NCBI RefSeq assembly: GCF_006345805.1
Contig: NC_043006.1
Location: 3,038,001 to 3,102,000 of the forward strand
Reading direction: 5' to 3'
DNA from: Octopus sinensis
Lineage: Eukaryota
DNA: 64,000 nt
The notes beneath the pieces were generated by a model. The model was not told the DNA's origin, ran no database searches, and was given only the letters and a program-made list of their open reading frames with translations. Made by a program: the position numbers and the translations under genes. This document shows positions 1-13,800 of the stretch, piece after piece (the stretch's first letter is position 1; each line of letters opens with the position of its first letter).

Positions 1-59
1 TGCATCTGGCATTATGTTGACTCTAGCTCAATTAACTGAAATGCTTATACTGTAAACAT

Positions 60-770
60 CAGACATGTCTTTGAGAGTCTACAAATATCAATGGCCCAAT
101 CTGTTGGCCCTATCCTGTTGTTGTCCATTGCATAGCTAATTGACAAGTGTTTTCTTTTTGGCCTTTGTTCAATTATTTCACAGTAGACTACTATGAAAGA
201 AGGTCGTTTCCATAAATTGTTTTCTCGATCAAAAAGAACTTAAAAATCGTGTGCTGTTCCTTCTTCTGTGAGAAAATTACATTGTTTCTTGGTACATAGT
301 TATTTTTACTGCAAACTTTCTACAAAAGCCGACAAACTATTTTGCACCAAAGCAAAAAATTGTAGCTTCAGGGCAGACAAAAGAAGCCACCAATAATTGG
401 GTGCTTCAACATCTTCCATATTTATTGAAACAATGTTTTCTTTCTGTTTTATTATAAGGGAAACTGAAAAAAGAATAGCTGATAGTTAATCTACTTGATA
501 TTTCCGTGTGAAGTTTTAGATGGCTGTTGACCAGACTTCATTAATACACATGCTGAAAGGTTTACCAACTAAAATGAAAAGAACTCATTTATTTTCATAT
601 CACTGATGAATGTAGATCTGAAATGCTTTTATCTACTGCTGTAGCCTAAAACTCAGCATATAATATTAAAATCCGATCTTGCCATAAATCTTAAGGGAAA
701 AAAAGCGTTGACCTCTCCTTATTCTTAGAATGTGCCAAATTAGTGGTTATTTACCCCCTTGAAAATTGTC
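60..770 (+). mobile_element. Possible very old CR1/L2 APE endonuclease remnant
   Basis: FESLQI..GPILLLSI and IIGCFNIFHIY* (cf. IIGDFNLPxIDW) in the expected order; heavily interrupted. Confidence 0.25.
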
Positions 771-1817
771 TTAATATTTTTTTAAATAATATTTCTATAA
801 TGTGGTTCTTAGTTTCATAACTGACTTCTTTGTGTCTAGAAATCATAAAGCCAATGGCATTTGCTTGTGCATGTTTCTTGTTACTTAAATTGAGAATTCT
901 TTAGAACAATTTCCCTCTCACTGGTCAACCAACCAAAGATGGTGTGTAGATTCTGTTTAGTAAAGAGTTATAGTCATTTCAGAGGATTATGAGTAGGAAC
1001 TTGCTTAACTGTACCCCAGGGTTAGCACTGCCATCACACTATGAGTCTCAGATTTTAATAATATAGTCCTTATAAAATTAGTCATCTAATATATCTGTTA
1101 CAGGTAGCTTTATGAGTATGAATTATGGAATTAGGTTGGATTGTATTCATTCCTTTTTGTAATGTCCTTCCTCTCTCTATTGGCCTGACTGAAACATTTA
1201 TCCGTCCTTCAAATATACAAATGACATGTAGGCTGTTGAATTTCAATGCGTTTTCTCACCAAGTTTTTCATAACCATGTCATAATAACCTACGCTCACAA
1301 AGTTTAGTTAGAAGATTTCGAATACATTAAATTTGTAGAATTGATGGGAACTAATTTTACTGACAGTTCATTCTGTCGGTAGCAATAGAGATTTGCTTTT
1401 TATTCTTTCAGAAACCTCTACAAATAATTATCTTTCTGGGCTTCTTTCATTTCTTCTGTATATTTCTCTCTATCATCCACCTTCTCTTCCTTACATATAA
1501 ACCATCCACAAAAAAAAAAAAAAAACGAATATATATTTTTCTATATTATTCCTCCCTGCTAATTATCCTTGTCATTTCCCTACACAAATACCTTCACAGT
1601 TCTGTGGTGGCCTCGTGGAACCTATTGTTTTCTTTTCAACATTACTGTCCTTTTACATTTCCACTTTGTCATCAGCTGTTGTCCAAAGCCCAGCATCATT
1701 CTCCACTTGCTTCAGTGATGTCCAGCAGGCTTCTGTTTACAGGAACACACCCAAACCATGTTTTGTATGCCAACGTATAATATATTCATAGTATGTCAAT
1801 GTTTCTATTGCAAATGC

Positions 1818-1866
<49 letters not shown>

Positions 1867-2554
1867 TATGTAATGTGTCCAGGACTCTTTTTCCTGCTTT
1901 TAGCGAGCTGGGTTTTTTTTTCCATTTATTGGCAAATGAAGGTTGTAAGCTTAAGCTAAGGATCATTGAGTCTGAAGTAATTTGTCATCAGGTGTCAGTG
2001 GGTGGTGGTCACTCAACAACAGGAAGGAAAAGCTCTTCAGTCTGATAAAGGACAACTGGAGAGGCAGAAGACTGATACCACCTCATTAGAATCATCCTTG
2101 ACATCTCTCATTTCTTCTACAGAATTGAATGACGCTCAGCTCTTTCTCCTTTTCTTCTGTCGTTTAATATCTTTTTTATCTTCTCTGTCGTCTACTTGCT
2201 ATCTTCTTTGTTCCAACATCATTCATTGATGCTGGTACAGAAGTTAAAAAGCTGTACTCTGATATGTTGTAATCTCAATCTTTGTCTTCAAGTATCTGTG
2301 GTTAATTTTGGTGTAAATTTTTAAATAATAGCTAATATTATAAGTTAGTTTTAATTGACGGTTTTGGCTTTATTATTCCCCACTCATCTCACATTTCAAA
2401 AAATAAAAAGGAAAAGGAAAAAAAAAACCCAACATTTACTGCTTACCAGAGAGATTATTTCTCCTATATCACTTTTGCATCTTCTCATTTTTTCTTTTGC
2501 TCTTTTTATTCAGTATCCTGTCAGTTATCTCTTTCTCTCTTTCCATCACATGTG

Positions 2555-2585
<31 letters not shown>

Positions 2586-3360
2586 CATCCACTCACTCTC
2601 TCACTCTCTCTCTCTCTCTCTCTTTCTATTCTCCCTTCACCTTTACCTCTTTATTGTAGGCTTTCTTTTCTCCATTGTTTCCTTGTCACTTCAACATTTT
2701 TCAGAATTTATCTGACAGTCACATGGTAGTTTCTTTCCCTTTGATGCTCTGAAATTATTGTCCACTTCCACTGTAAAAAAAACAAAAACAAAAACCCCAA
2801 CTGTCCCTGATCCCTCACCTTTTCCCCCTCACTTTTATTTATCCATTCTTTCTGCCTAAATCTCCACATGAACACACATCCTTCCAGCCAATGTCAACAG
2901 TCATTTGTTGACTGCCCCACTCTATCTCCTTACTCTCCTCTACCTTTCCCTCCTACTATCATTTCAATTGCACTTAGTCTCTCAACTGGTAAAAAAAAAA
3001 AGAAGTAATTATAACCTGCTAAAGTTCTCTTCTGTGATCCAATAACTTTTTATTTATTATTTTTTTTTCTTTACTAATCAACAATGATTTAATCTTAACT
3101 GCTGATTTGTCTCCAGGATGCTCCCCTGCTCTCCCTCACTTTCTACACACACACACACACACACACATGCATGTATTATTGCAAAGAAGACAACAAACGA
3201 ATCCAGCATTTCTGGGGTTGTTTCTCGTCCACCCCACCCCACCACCACCCTTCTCTCTTCCCTTTCTGGCAACAACTCTGCTGTCGGTACTTTACTTGAG
3301 GTTACTAAGTTTTAGGTTATGTGCATGTGAAGTTGATTCTCAGATAACAACGGTTTAAAT

Positions 3361-3666
3361 CAATGGTTCCCAAACTCTTTTGGCCTGCTGCTCCTTTGGC
3401 ACCCGGGTCACACTCCTAGAGCCAACTGCCCCCACCCTCCCTACTCACCACCATAAGCACAGACTTCTTTCTGCAGCAAATTCAAAACAACTGTATTTCA
3501 CAAAGAAAACTTAATCTAATTAACCCATTATTTTGAGGGGTTTTTTTTACATCCATCTCCCCACTTTTTGACCGTCCCCATTATTGCCCCTTTTTTCTTC
3601 ATCCCCTCCTCGCCAATCTTTCTACCACTCTCAAGGGGTTAGTACCATCTACTTTGGGAATAACTG
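3361..3666. mobile_element. hAT-type MITE
   Basis: Imperfect TIRs CAATGGTTCCCAAA / TTTGGGAATAACTG with a perfect 8-bp TSD GTTTAAAT. Confidence 0.8.
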
Positions 3667-4199
3667 GTTTAAATTAAACCAAATATTAACAAAGTCATCT
3701 TCATCCGGTTGTGTCAATGAGTCCAAAATAGGTGGCAATTTCTGCTGCACTTTTAGCTTGGCATTAATCTTGCTGACTCAAAGTGTTGATTTCCATTCTC
3801 GCTGCAGGAAAGCTACATGTAAATGGACTAAAGACCTCTCCAGAACCTTTATTTCTCATTCCTTTAACACTATGGAAACTTGTGGACCCTTCTAAGAAGG
3901 AAAGGAGCTACTTTTTAACAATATCATGTCAGAGACAATAAAATCTTGGCGAATATAGTCCTAGGAGAAAATGTTAAGTAAATTGGCTCATTTTTGGAGA
4001 AAGCCTAAATGTCACCTGTTAATCGTTTAATTATCTATCTAGCTTCTTTTTGACTTAGGTATTTGGCCTCCTTCGCTCCATTAGTAAGTTTCAATTATAT
4101 CCTGTTTCTTCAGTGTTTCCGAGATTTAAGCCAACAAAACCAAACAAAAATTAAAATAGCTCATATGAGTTGTTCCTCCATTCTTTCTTTTAAGTTCAT

Positions 4200-5974
4200 A
4201 TATATATATATATATATATACATACACACACAAACATATATATGCATGTATGTATGTGTATATATATATAACATTAGTTGGATCCTTCAGATGTCAGAAC
4301 ATTCTATTGATCAACATAATGATTCAATTCCCTTATCTCTCTGTAGCTGTGTCTATTCACTTGTTTATTTGAATATTTGAAATATTTCACAATGAGATTA
4401 ATTAGCTGCTGACACATAATGTCCTCGCTCACACATCAATAGAGATATGCTTACATACTAGACTACACACACACACACATTGCATAGCAGCACATGCAAT
4501 GCCTTAAATAATGACACAAGAGGGAAAGATAACTGCTGCGTCCTTGACCCTCCTCCTCTTCCTGCTCCTCCTCCTCCTCCTTCTCTTACCCTCCCCCTCT
4601 CCCGAAAAACTTGCTTGACTGGCTAAAATCGACACTAAATCTCTGACAACATCCTAATTTTCGAAAAACTCGACTGTCAAAATGCCTGGTTTCTTCTCTC
4701 CAGTATGGCATTTGTGGGAACAGAAATAACCCATCATTTTTTTTTTTTTTGTTCCTGTTGTTCTTTTTGTTGTGTGTATGTGTCTCTGAACAAGAAACAG
4801 CATTGGAGTTCTCAGTTTTTTTCTGTTTTTTTTTTTCATTATTTTTTAAAAGGCAAAAAAATAAAACAAAAAGAAAACAAAGGTAAAAAAAAAACCACCA
4901 ACCAAGATAAAACAAAAAAAAATTGAAACAGATCATATAACTTTGATGCCATTATGAAAAATCTGCTATTCTGGGTTTAATTTTTCTACTCCTCTCTTTG
5001 ATTAAGCTTTGTTTTTGAAAGAGAACTTTAGATTATACATACACACACATATATATATATGCGTATATGTATATATATGTGTATATATATATATATAATA
5101 TATATATACATACACACACAAACTATATATGCATGTATGTATGTGTTATATATATATACATTAGTTGGATCCTTCAGATGTCAGAACATTCTATTGATCA
5201 ACATAATGATTCAATTCCCTTATCTCTCTGTAGCTGTGTCTATTCACTTGTTTATTTGAATATTTGAAATATTTCACAATGAGATTAAGTTAGCTGCTGA
5301 CACATAATGTCCTCGCTCACACATCAATAGAGATATGCTTACATACTAGACTACACACACACACACACATTGCATAGCAGCACATGCAATGCCTTAAATA
5401 ATGACACAAGAGGGAAAGATAACTGCTGCGTCCTTGACCCTCCTCCTCTTCCTGCTCCTCCTCCTCCTCCTTCTCTTACCCTCCCCCTCTCCCGAAAAAC
5501 TTGCTTGACTGGCTAAAATCGACACTAAATCTCTGACAACATCCTAATTTTCGAAAAACTCGACTGTCAAAATGCCTGGTTTCTTCTCTCCAGTATGGCA
5601 TTTGTGGGAACAGAAATAACCAATCATTTTTTTTTTTTTTGTTCCTGTTGTTCTTTTTGTTGTGTGTATGTGTCTCTGAACAAAGAAACAGCATTGGAGT
5701 TCTCAGTTTTTTTCTGTTTTTTTTTTTCATTATTTTTTAAAAGGCAAAAAAATAAAACAAAAAGAAAACAAAGGTAAAAAAAAAACCACCAACCAAGATA
5801 AAACAAAAAAAAATTGAAACAGATCATATAACTTTGATGCCATTATGAAAAATCTGCTATTCTGGGTTTAATTTTTCTACTCCTCTCTTTGATTAAGCTT
5901 TGTTTTTGAAAGAGAACTTTAGAAATTATACATACACACACATATATATATATGCGTATATGTATATATATGTG

Positions 5975-5990
<16 letters not shown>
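4200..5990. repeat. 887-bp near-identical tandem duplication
   Basis: TTAGTTGGATCCTTCAG occurs at 4274 and 5161; copies differ mainly by homopolymer/microsatellite indels; breakpoints lie in TA/CA tracts. Confidence 0.95.
4590..4785 (-). other. Candidate exon (duplicate at ~5480-5675)
   Basis: Minus-strand acceptor CTGTTTCTTGTTCAG| and donor GG|GTAAGAG. Open frame MPYWREETRHFDSRVFRKLGCCQRFSVDFSQSSKFFGRGG runs to the donor; no recognised homology. Confidence 0.35.
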
Positions 5991-6007
<17 letters not shown>

Positions 6008-8518
6008 GTGTATATATATATATATGTATGTATGTATGTGTATATATATATATATGTATGTATGTATGTGTATATATATATATGTATGTATGTATGTGTA
6101 TATATATATTAATATATATATGTATGTATGTGTATATATATATTAATATATATATATATGTATGTGTATGTATATATAATTCATAAAGGTGAGGGCTATT
6201 TTTTTTTATTTAGTTTTTGTATACTCAATTGCTTTTACTCTGCTCCTTCCCCTCCTCCTCACTTCAAAACTTTTTTTATATTTTATTTTCAAAACCTGTT
6301 TGATCACCTCTGTGTAAATTATTTTTAATTTTAAGAAGTCATTTATTTTATCTCACTTCTTCTTTTTCTCCCTCCTCCTCCTTCTCTCTCTTCAATTTGT
6401 GGGAATATATATATATATTTTTGTCAATTTGCTACTATGTCTCTCGCTCTCTCTATTTTTTTTTTTTTTTTTTGTGGTCTAAATAGTTCTGAAGCTCTGA
6501 TTGAAAATAACCCAAACCTTTCTTTTTCGTTTTTTTTTTGTTTTGTTTTTGATTTTTTTCTCTCTCTTTCTCTCTACAATATCTTCTCATTGTAATTTCT
6601 TTATATTTATTTTTATATTTTTCTCTCTGCATCAGTGTAATTATTATATTTTTCAAAATTTTTCAATTTACCTTTTTTTAATAAATAAATAAATAAATAA
6701 ATGCTTCCCGGGTAGCGTTGCTACCTTAGGCTACCACTGCCGCTGGTCAACACCAATAACCATCGGTAGAAGAGCCAACAGTCTGCTGCTACTGCTGCTG
6801 CTGCTGGTGTTTAAAGCAAATGGTTTTCTCTGAATAATATATTTCAAAAAAAAAAAAGCAATTAATGTCTATAACTTTATTAGTGGTTTGATACAGAATG
6901 TCTTATGATGATGATGATGATGATGATGAAAGCCTGTGTGTGTGTGTGTGTGCTGCTTGTATATAGACGACCGTGGCAGTGGTAGCCTCCCTCGCCCTGC
7001 TCTCCTACCCTCCCCCTCATGTGATTCACAATACCAAAGTCAATTGTCTGTTGGTCTGTACATCTGTCTGCAGTATAGAGATATATGTGGTGAAGTAGAC
7101 AGCCAGCTTTACCCAAAGAGGACATCGGGAATATGGTTCTATTTTTACACAAATGCCATGGCTTTTGCCAGCTTGTGTAAATTTGTTAATTTCAAGATAA
7201 CAAAAATCGAGAAAAAAATTTTAAAAATTATTAAAAAAAAATATAAGTTGAATTTTTTTTTTTTTTTTTTTTTTCAAAATGCAAGCCAGAAACTCACATA
7301 ATTCATGTTGACAATCAAATGACTTGATAAATCATTGCTGCCGATATATAAACATTGTCTTCTGTTGTTTTTTTTATTCACTCACCTAATTCTCCACCTT
7401 GCCTCTCTATCTCTGTCTCGCTTTCATAACACTGTTCCAGCGATCGAAGTTTCCACTGAATTGAACATGGATGTCTGAGGAATACTTTGTGACCAATGTT
7501 TTAAGGTGGTCTCCCACTTTTACCTCCAGGGCTACAAAAGCAACAGTAATCTGTCTTGACCCAGATAATCATCCCTGAACTAAAAAAATGTTCACCATCA
7601 GCCATTGTTTTATTCTTTTACTTGTTTCAGTCATTTGACTGCGGCCATGCTGGAGCACTGCTTTGAAGGGTTTTAATTGAACAAATCAATCTCAAGACTT
7701 ATTCTTTGTAAGCCTAGTACTTATTCTGTCAGTCTCTCTTGCAGTTTATCTCCCTGTTACAGGGACATAAACACACCAGCATCAGTTGTCAAGCGATGGC
7801 AGGGGGACAAACACAGACATACATAAATACATTCACAGACACACATGTATATATATATATACACACGATGGGCTTCTTTCAGTTTCCTTCTACCAAATTC
7901 ACTCACAAAGCTTCTGTTGACCCGAGTCTATGGTAGAAGACAGTTGCCCAGGCTCTCCCACAGTGGACTGAATACAGGACCATTGGTTGGGAAGCAAGTT
8001 TCTTACCACACACCCACACTTATTTGTTTTTTTTTCTTGAGACACATTTCGTAAGATTAAATTCCGTAGCCATTGCTTGCAAGCGAGAATGACTCGGTGA
8101 CACGTATCATGTTTTCACTAATTGTTGTAGATGCCTCTCTAGTCGCGAGTAGGTATAGACACCTTTGTGATTATTCCTCCATTAAGCCAGGTTGTGATGG
8201 CTGGAAGGAAGGGAGAGAGAGAGCTTCCTCCGCACTTGGCTGGTACCTGTCTCCTAGTAGAGTACATTGGAACACAACACAATGCCCAGTGCAGGAAGTG
8301 AGACCTTACTATTGTGAGCCTGAGCCCTAAGCAATAGGCTATGAACCTTGAATAGGGTTTGTGAAACAAATATTTCAAATGAAGGTGAGATAGTCACACA
8401 TCAGGTATTTTCCTTTCAGCTTGGCAGCTGTATCAGTCTTATGATTTAGTTTCAGTCATTTGACTGCAGCCAAGCTGGAGCACAACCTTGAATTTTTTCA
8501 AATAAACCGACCCTAGTA

Positions 8519-9792
8519 CAGGGTGGAGCAGAGAGGATGGACGTTTTTGAAATGGCGATTACTTATCCCCAGGGAGAGGGACATCCAACAGGTACCATTC
8601 GGTCCGTGGTGTCTTAGCATTTTTTCCCTTTTCAGGTGAAACCATGGCGCTGTGGACGATGGAGCATGGCGTGTTTGCCTACAACCGCCACTTCAACATT
8701 CACCAAAATCAGGCTGTTCCCACCCGTAACACAATAATCTTATGTTGGGTGAATGCACTTCCTACACGAGGTACACTAATGAATAGGATACTGGTGGGGG
8801 CGCCACGAACGGTTCGGGCCCTGAAAAATGTGGAACGCGTCAGACAAGCTTTGATACGGAGTGCGAATCGCTCTGGTTGGAGGCATCCCACTGAACTTGG
8901 CATCGATAATCGATCAGTAAGGCGTATTTTGCATGAAGACCTGCATTTCCACCCGTACAGATTAGTTATTGGGCAACAGTTGAAACCATGGGACTCTGCA
9001 CAGAGCCTTAACTTCGCACTTGAGATGGAAGAAATTTTTGAGGCAAATGACAACTTCATTTTGTTAATGAGTGATGAAGTTCATTTTCATCTCAGTGGCA
9101 TGGTGAATCAACAGGACTGTCGTTATTGGGCTCTTGAAAATCCGATGCACTAAAGACCACTGCACAACCCAAAAGTGACGGTCTGATGTGCTGTTGGGAA
9201 AGCTGCCGTCATTGGTCCTTACTATTTTTAAGGAAATACTGTTACTGTGAACTACAAGCGTTACATCGAGATGATAAACAACTTCTTTGTGCCTGAATTA
9301 CGACGAAAACCTATGCCTATTCGACATCTGTGGTTTCAGCTGGATGGGGCCACGGCCCACACTTCCAGAGCTTCAATGGACGTTTTTCGCCCTCTCTTCG
9401 GTAACCGCCCCATTTCCAGGTTTGCTGACATTCCTTTGTCCTCCTCGGTCCCCTGATTTGTCTATGTGTGATTATTTCTTGTGGGGGAAACCTCAAGGTA
9501 CGTGTGTATGCGCATAAGCCCCGTACATTGGACGATTTGAAGGAAGCTATTCGCGTGGAAGCTGCCCAAATCAACAGAGCAATGCTGGAGAGAGTGGAGA
9601 CCAACTTCTAAGAGCGCCTTCAGAAATTTATCAATGAAAACGGACACCAGAAGATGGATGTTGCTTTCCACACTTGATTTTGACAAATGTTAGATTCACT
9701 ACGAACACATTGATGTCAATAAAATTTGCTTGCCGCTAAAATAATGATTTTGTGAATTTTTTAAAAACATCCGACCCCTCTGTCCCACCCAG
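8519..9792 (+). mobile_element. Full-length defective Tc1/mariner transposon, DD41D (rosa) family
   Basis: Imperfect ~34-bp TIRs (CAGGGTGGAGCAGAGAGG.. / ..CCCCTCTGTCCCACCCAG) with TA on both sides. Transposase motifs SDEVHFHLSG, WFQLDGATAH and PPRSPDLSMCDYFLWG give 41 residues between the 2nd and 3rd Asp after correcting one frameshift. Stops and frameshifts are present. Confidence 0.9.
8644..9677 (+). pseudogene. DD41D transposase pseudogene
   Basis: ORF pieces 8644-9153, 9247-9456 and 9287-9517 join into an HTH + DDD transposase with in-frame stops and a frameshift. Confidence 0.85.
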
Positions 9793-9959
9793 TACTTATT
9801 TTATGTAAGCCTGGTACTTATTCTATTGGTCTCTTTTGCCAACACCAATTGTCAAGTGGTGAGGGTGGGGCGAACACACGCGCACACACACACACACAAT
9901 GGGCTTATTTCAGTTTCTATGCATCAAATCCATTCACAAACCTTTGACCGGCATGGACT

Positions 9960-10650
9960 AGAGTGTTAGACGGGAGCTGGCAAGGCTAGGAGCCGCACCA
10001 AGTTCCCTAGTCTGTTTGGCTTGATTTCTACAGCTGGATGCCCTTCCTATCGCCAACCACTTTACAGGGTATTGGGTGCTTTTTACGTGGCGCCAGCACC
10101 GATAGGGTCACCAAGTGCTTTGCAAGACAAAACCCCCTCAATTAGGAGGGAGTAGTATTGAAGGTGTGAGGATTTGTGCCAGTTGAGAGATTTAAAGTAT
10201 AGAAGAGATAGATATAGGTGTCTTGCTGTAGAGTAGATACATGGATACTCAATTGGAAAACAAAGGAGAGTGAGAGATGCTGGCGAAAATGTGTCGGGAC
10301 ATTGGGGTAGATGAGAACGAGGTGATATAGAGGCTTGGCCAGGATGAGATGACTGAAGCAAATGATGAAGAGAGATATACAAGAGGCTTGGGGACGAGGA
10401 TTTCAGTAAATATGTGAGGGCATTGAGGATGATAGCAGGCAAGCGAGGAGTTGATGATGAAGAGCAATACAAGGAGAGGAGAGATGGCGCTGAAAGGAGG
10501 TGTTTGGTGGAGACAGTAGTCGGAGGAAGAAATGTAACTTGTCCACGAATCTGGGTCGTTAGCTCAGACATCGTTGCTGTGGATACTGGTAAACAAAATG
10601 GATAGAAAGGAGTAATATTTCGGAAGAACAACTGTTCCATACAAACTTAA
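9960..10650 (-). mobile_element. Retroposon family D fragment
   Basis: Shares TTTCTACAGCTGGATGCCCTTC with 49370-49497; the 185-aa minus ORF is low-complexity and not credible. Confidence 0.5.
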
Positions 10651-10884
10651 AATTTAGGAACTTTTCTTTAGCGACAAAGCATAAAGTAACTAGCAAAAGA
10701 ATGAATGTACTAATATCACATTTATTCCTTTGTTACAATCGTTTCAACAACATATGTGTCATCATTTAAAAAGTTGGAAAACATGAATATAAGCAATGAT
10801 TATATAAAACTTATTCAAATAACCTGACACTTACAATGATTTCTTCATGACTGGCTGATATTGTATATGTGCGTGTGTGAGTAT

Positions 10885-11338
10885 GCTGGTCAATCTCTGG
10901 TTGGAGAGGGTTGCTGCTGGAGGATTCGGCTCCTTGCCATAATTCCGGAAAGAGCCAGAAGTGCTAGTCGGAAAATTCTACAACTTCACCAGCTCCAATT
11001 TCTGGCCCCCTAATTCCATCGATTTTAGTCCCATGGATTATCGAGTGTGGAGCAGTTGAGAAAGATACCAATTGCTCCGCCTGCAATTCCAAGGCCGAGT
11101 TACCAGATCAAGGAGGTGTTCAAAGATCTTCCTGGGGACACTAAAGAACGCATGCGCTAGGGTCCGGAACCGTCTTGAGGCCGTGGTGGAAGTTGAAGGC
11201 GACTACTTTGAGCAAACTGTCATCTCCCAGTCATAATCTTGTTGATATTTTTTTTTGATTTTAAATACTTTTACTTTTGGCTGGGACACTGCCTTTTATC
11301 CTTTTGTGCAGACTGTCAAATTTAGCCCGAACACCCTG
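10885..11338 (+). mobile_element. maT/DD37D-type mariner 3' fragment
   Basis: Translates to ..DSAPCH..NFWPPNSIDFSPMDY..RNRLEAVVEVEGDYFE and ends in TIR-like CGAACACCCTG|TA. A related minus-strand piece ([12 protein letters not shown]) lies at ~16870-16985. Confidence 0.7.
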
Positions 11339-11907
11339 TAGGGTTCCGGTTCAACTTACGCTGATATGGAAAAACAAATTAAATGAACAAATGCTTACGT
11401 ACGTGCGAAGATACAGATTGTGTAGGAGGATCGGTTACTGCTGACATTTTCGCCACAACTTTCTCTCATTCTTTCCTTCTGCATCAAGCAGCTCACCTGC
11501 GACGGACTGGCATCCCGTCCAGGTAGGGAACCTATACGCCAAGAAACCGGGAAACCGGCCCTTATGAGCCAGGCGTGGATCGAGAAGGAGCAAACAAGAA
11601 ACAAACTAATACTCGTTGTCGTGCGGTGATGGGGACAAACAGGCACACATACGGAGGGCTTCCACACAGTTCCCGTATTAAATTCCCTCGCAAGGTATTG
11701 GTCGAATCGGGGCTCAAATAGAAGACACTTGCCTAGGGTCCCGCGCAGTGGGGCTGCACCCGAAACCACGTAGCTACAAAGCGAGAAAGCGACCTTTTTA
11801 ACCTCGCTGCTATGTATTCCTGCGCTTATGACCGAGCCTGAAAGCTTAGAATGGCTTATCACCTAAATACATACCTCTGATCACGTAATGTCAAATATTT
11901 GAATCTA

Positions 11908-11967
<60 letters not shown>

Positions 11968-13529
11968 ACTGTAAACATAGATACCTGGCTGGCAGAAATT
12001 ATTCATTGATTAGAACGATTGCTGATTAACTTTTGAGAGATTTATTATACTTTCCCATCACACAGGTTTAATCTTGTATTTACTGTAAATACACAACTGC
12101 CAAGATTACTCAGCCAAATTGGAATTGTTCAGGATAATCCGTATTTAGAGATTAACGTTTTAAAGATACTTCAACACATTTACTTAACTAAATCAAATCG
12201 TTTCCCATGAATTGTGAGCAAACGTTTTTCGCTCATTCATTCAAAATGAAAAAAGAAGAAAAGAACGATTCAGTGAAACCCAATCCAGACGATAAAGATG
12301 AAACTGTTTTCAAGATTATAATGCTTTCGTTTTTGCTTTCTCTTACTATTTCCGAAGGAATGTTTCTGAAACTGTACATATCATACCAACTAAATATGTA
12401 GGTAGTATTGATTTATTTTTTCATTGCAGAGGGGAATCTAGTAAGTCTTCTAGTAAACTATCCACACCCAACCAAATCTGTTTGGTCCATTAGTGTTTTG
12501 TTTCCATACATCGAAATAAACCATCACCAATCACTATCATCCTCCTCATCATCATCATTGCTTTCATGTCTGTTTTTCTATACTGGCTTGGGTTGGACGA
12601 GTTTTTTAAGGTATATTATTTCTACGACCAGATACTTTTCCTATCACCAGCCCTTTAGTCGCCTCTTACGCTACACCTGTTCCGAAACCGCGATACACAC
12701 AGTTTACTGAAATACACAAATTGATTGAAAATACTTCGTAGAACCTTCAGATATTCAGAAGAACTTTTTTTAAAACCCTCGCTTCATAAGGGACATAAAA
12801 TATAATGTCTACTTAAAGGACTCCAGCATAATACAGGTATGACCCGGTCCCTATTCCCAACAGCTTACTGCAATAAACTTTATTCTCTTCTAATATACAA
12901 TCGAATGCCTGCAACAGAAGTTGTCTGATACTCTACCGATTCTAATTACGTTGGCTGTACAAATAGAACTGGTAGAGCGTTAGACAAAAATGCTTAGCAG
13001 TATTTAATTTCGACCTTTTACGTTCTGAGTTCAAATCACACTGAAGTCGACTCTACCTTTTATAATTACTCGATCGATCAAATAAAGTATCTGTCAAGAG
13101 TTGAGTTAGATTTATCTTCCTATAATGCCTCGATATCCTTTTCACTTGTCCTACCTCGATCTTCGATGATTCCTTTTGCATTAATAGATTTTCGTGTTTG
13201 CTGCACTTTGGAAATACCATCAGTTGCTCAACCTGCTGGAAACAATTGTCAAACCTCCCTCTGATCTTTGACTTAGAAAGGTTTCATTGTGTCATACATT
13301 CTTGGATATATTATGGCTAAATAAAAGAGGGAACAGTCACAGTAACAAAATGTTAATCAAATGTCTACCAGTGTAGACGGTTCCTAGCAGAACGGCTCAT
13401 GGGCTACTCACAGGTCTGGTTGTGTGTACAGTAACATGAATTAATTCACATCATAAAATAAAAGTTATGTTCTAATTGGTAATAACCAACACATTTTTTA
13501 AAGCTATTATAAGAAAACATTGCAATTAT

Positions 13530-13800
13530 GTGGCGCAAACGAACCTTCACTCCATAAGGAGCATAAACTACCAACAGCTTTTCTCCATTGTTCTCGACTC
13601 TTTTCTGTTTCCCTTCAATTAGATCCTTGCTTTCTCAGTTCTGCCTCAATAACCCACATCATATGTTTCCCTGAGGGACGGCCTTCCTCTCCCAGGCCTT
13701 GGTTTTGAATTATCATTGATGCTTCTACAACATAACTTTTTGCTAGGTAGAGGTGTTGGCCCTATGCAAATCCATTTTACTTTTGTGAAAAGGTGGTCCA
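13530..13800 (-). mobile_element. RTE LINE 3' fragment
   Basis: Minus strand PRPGRGRP.. followed by a decayed RTE C-terminal segment. Confidence 0.45.

Noticed and set aside
603-635. CTGATGA..GAAA possible hammerhead
   Set aside because: No stem II, stem III or stem I pairing.
4654-4839. HTGEKKP resembling a C2H2 zinc-finger linker
   Set aside because: No CxxC..HxxxH spacing on either side; chance match.
10083-10640. 185-aa minus-strand ORF
   Set aside because: Low-complexity Ser/Leu-rich translation within a dispersed repeat; no domain motifs.
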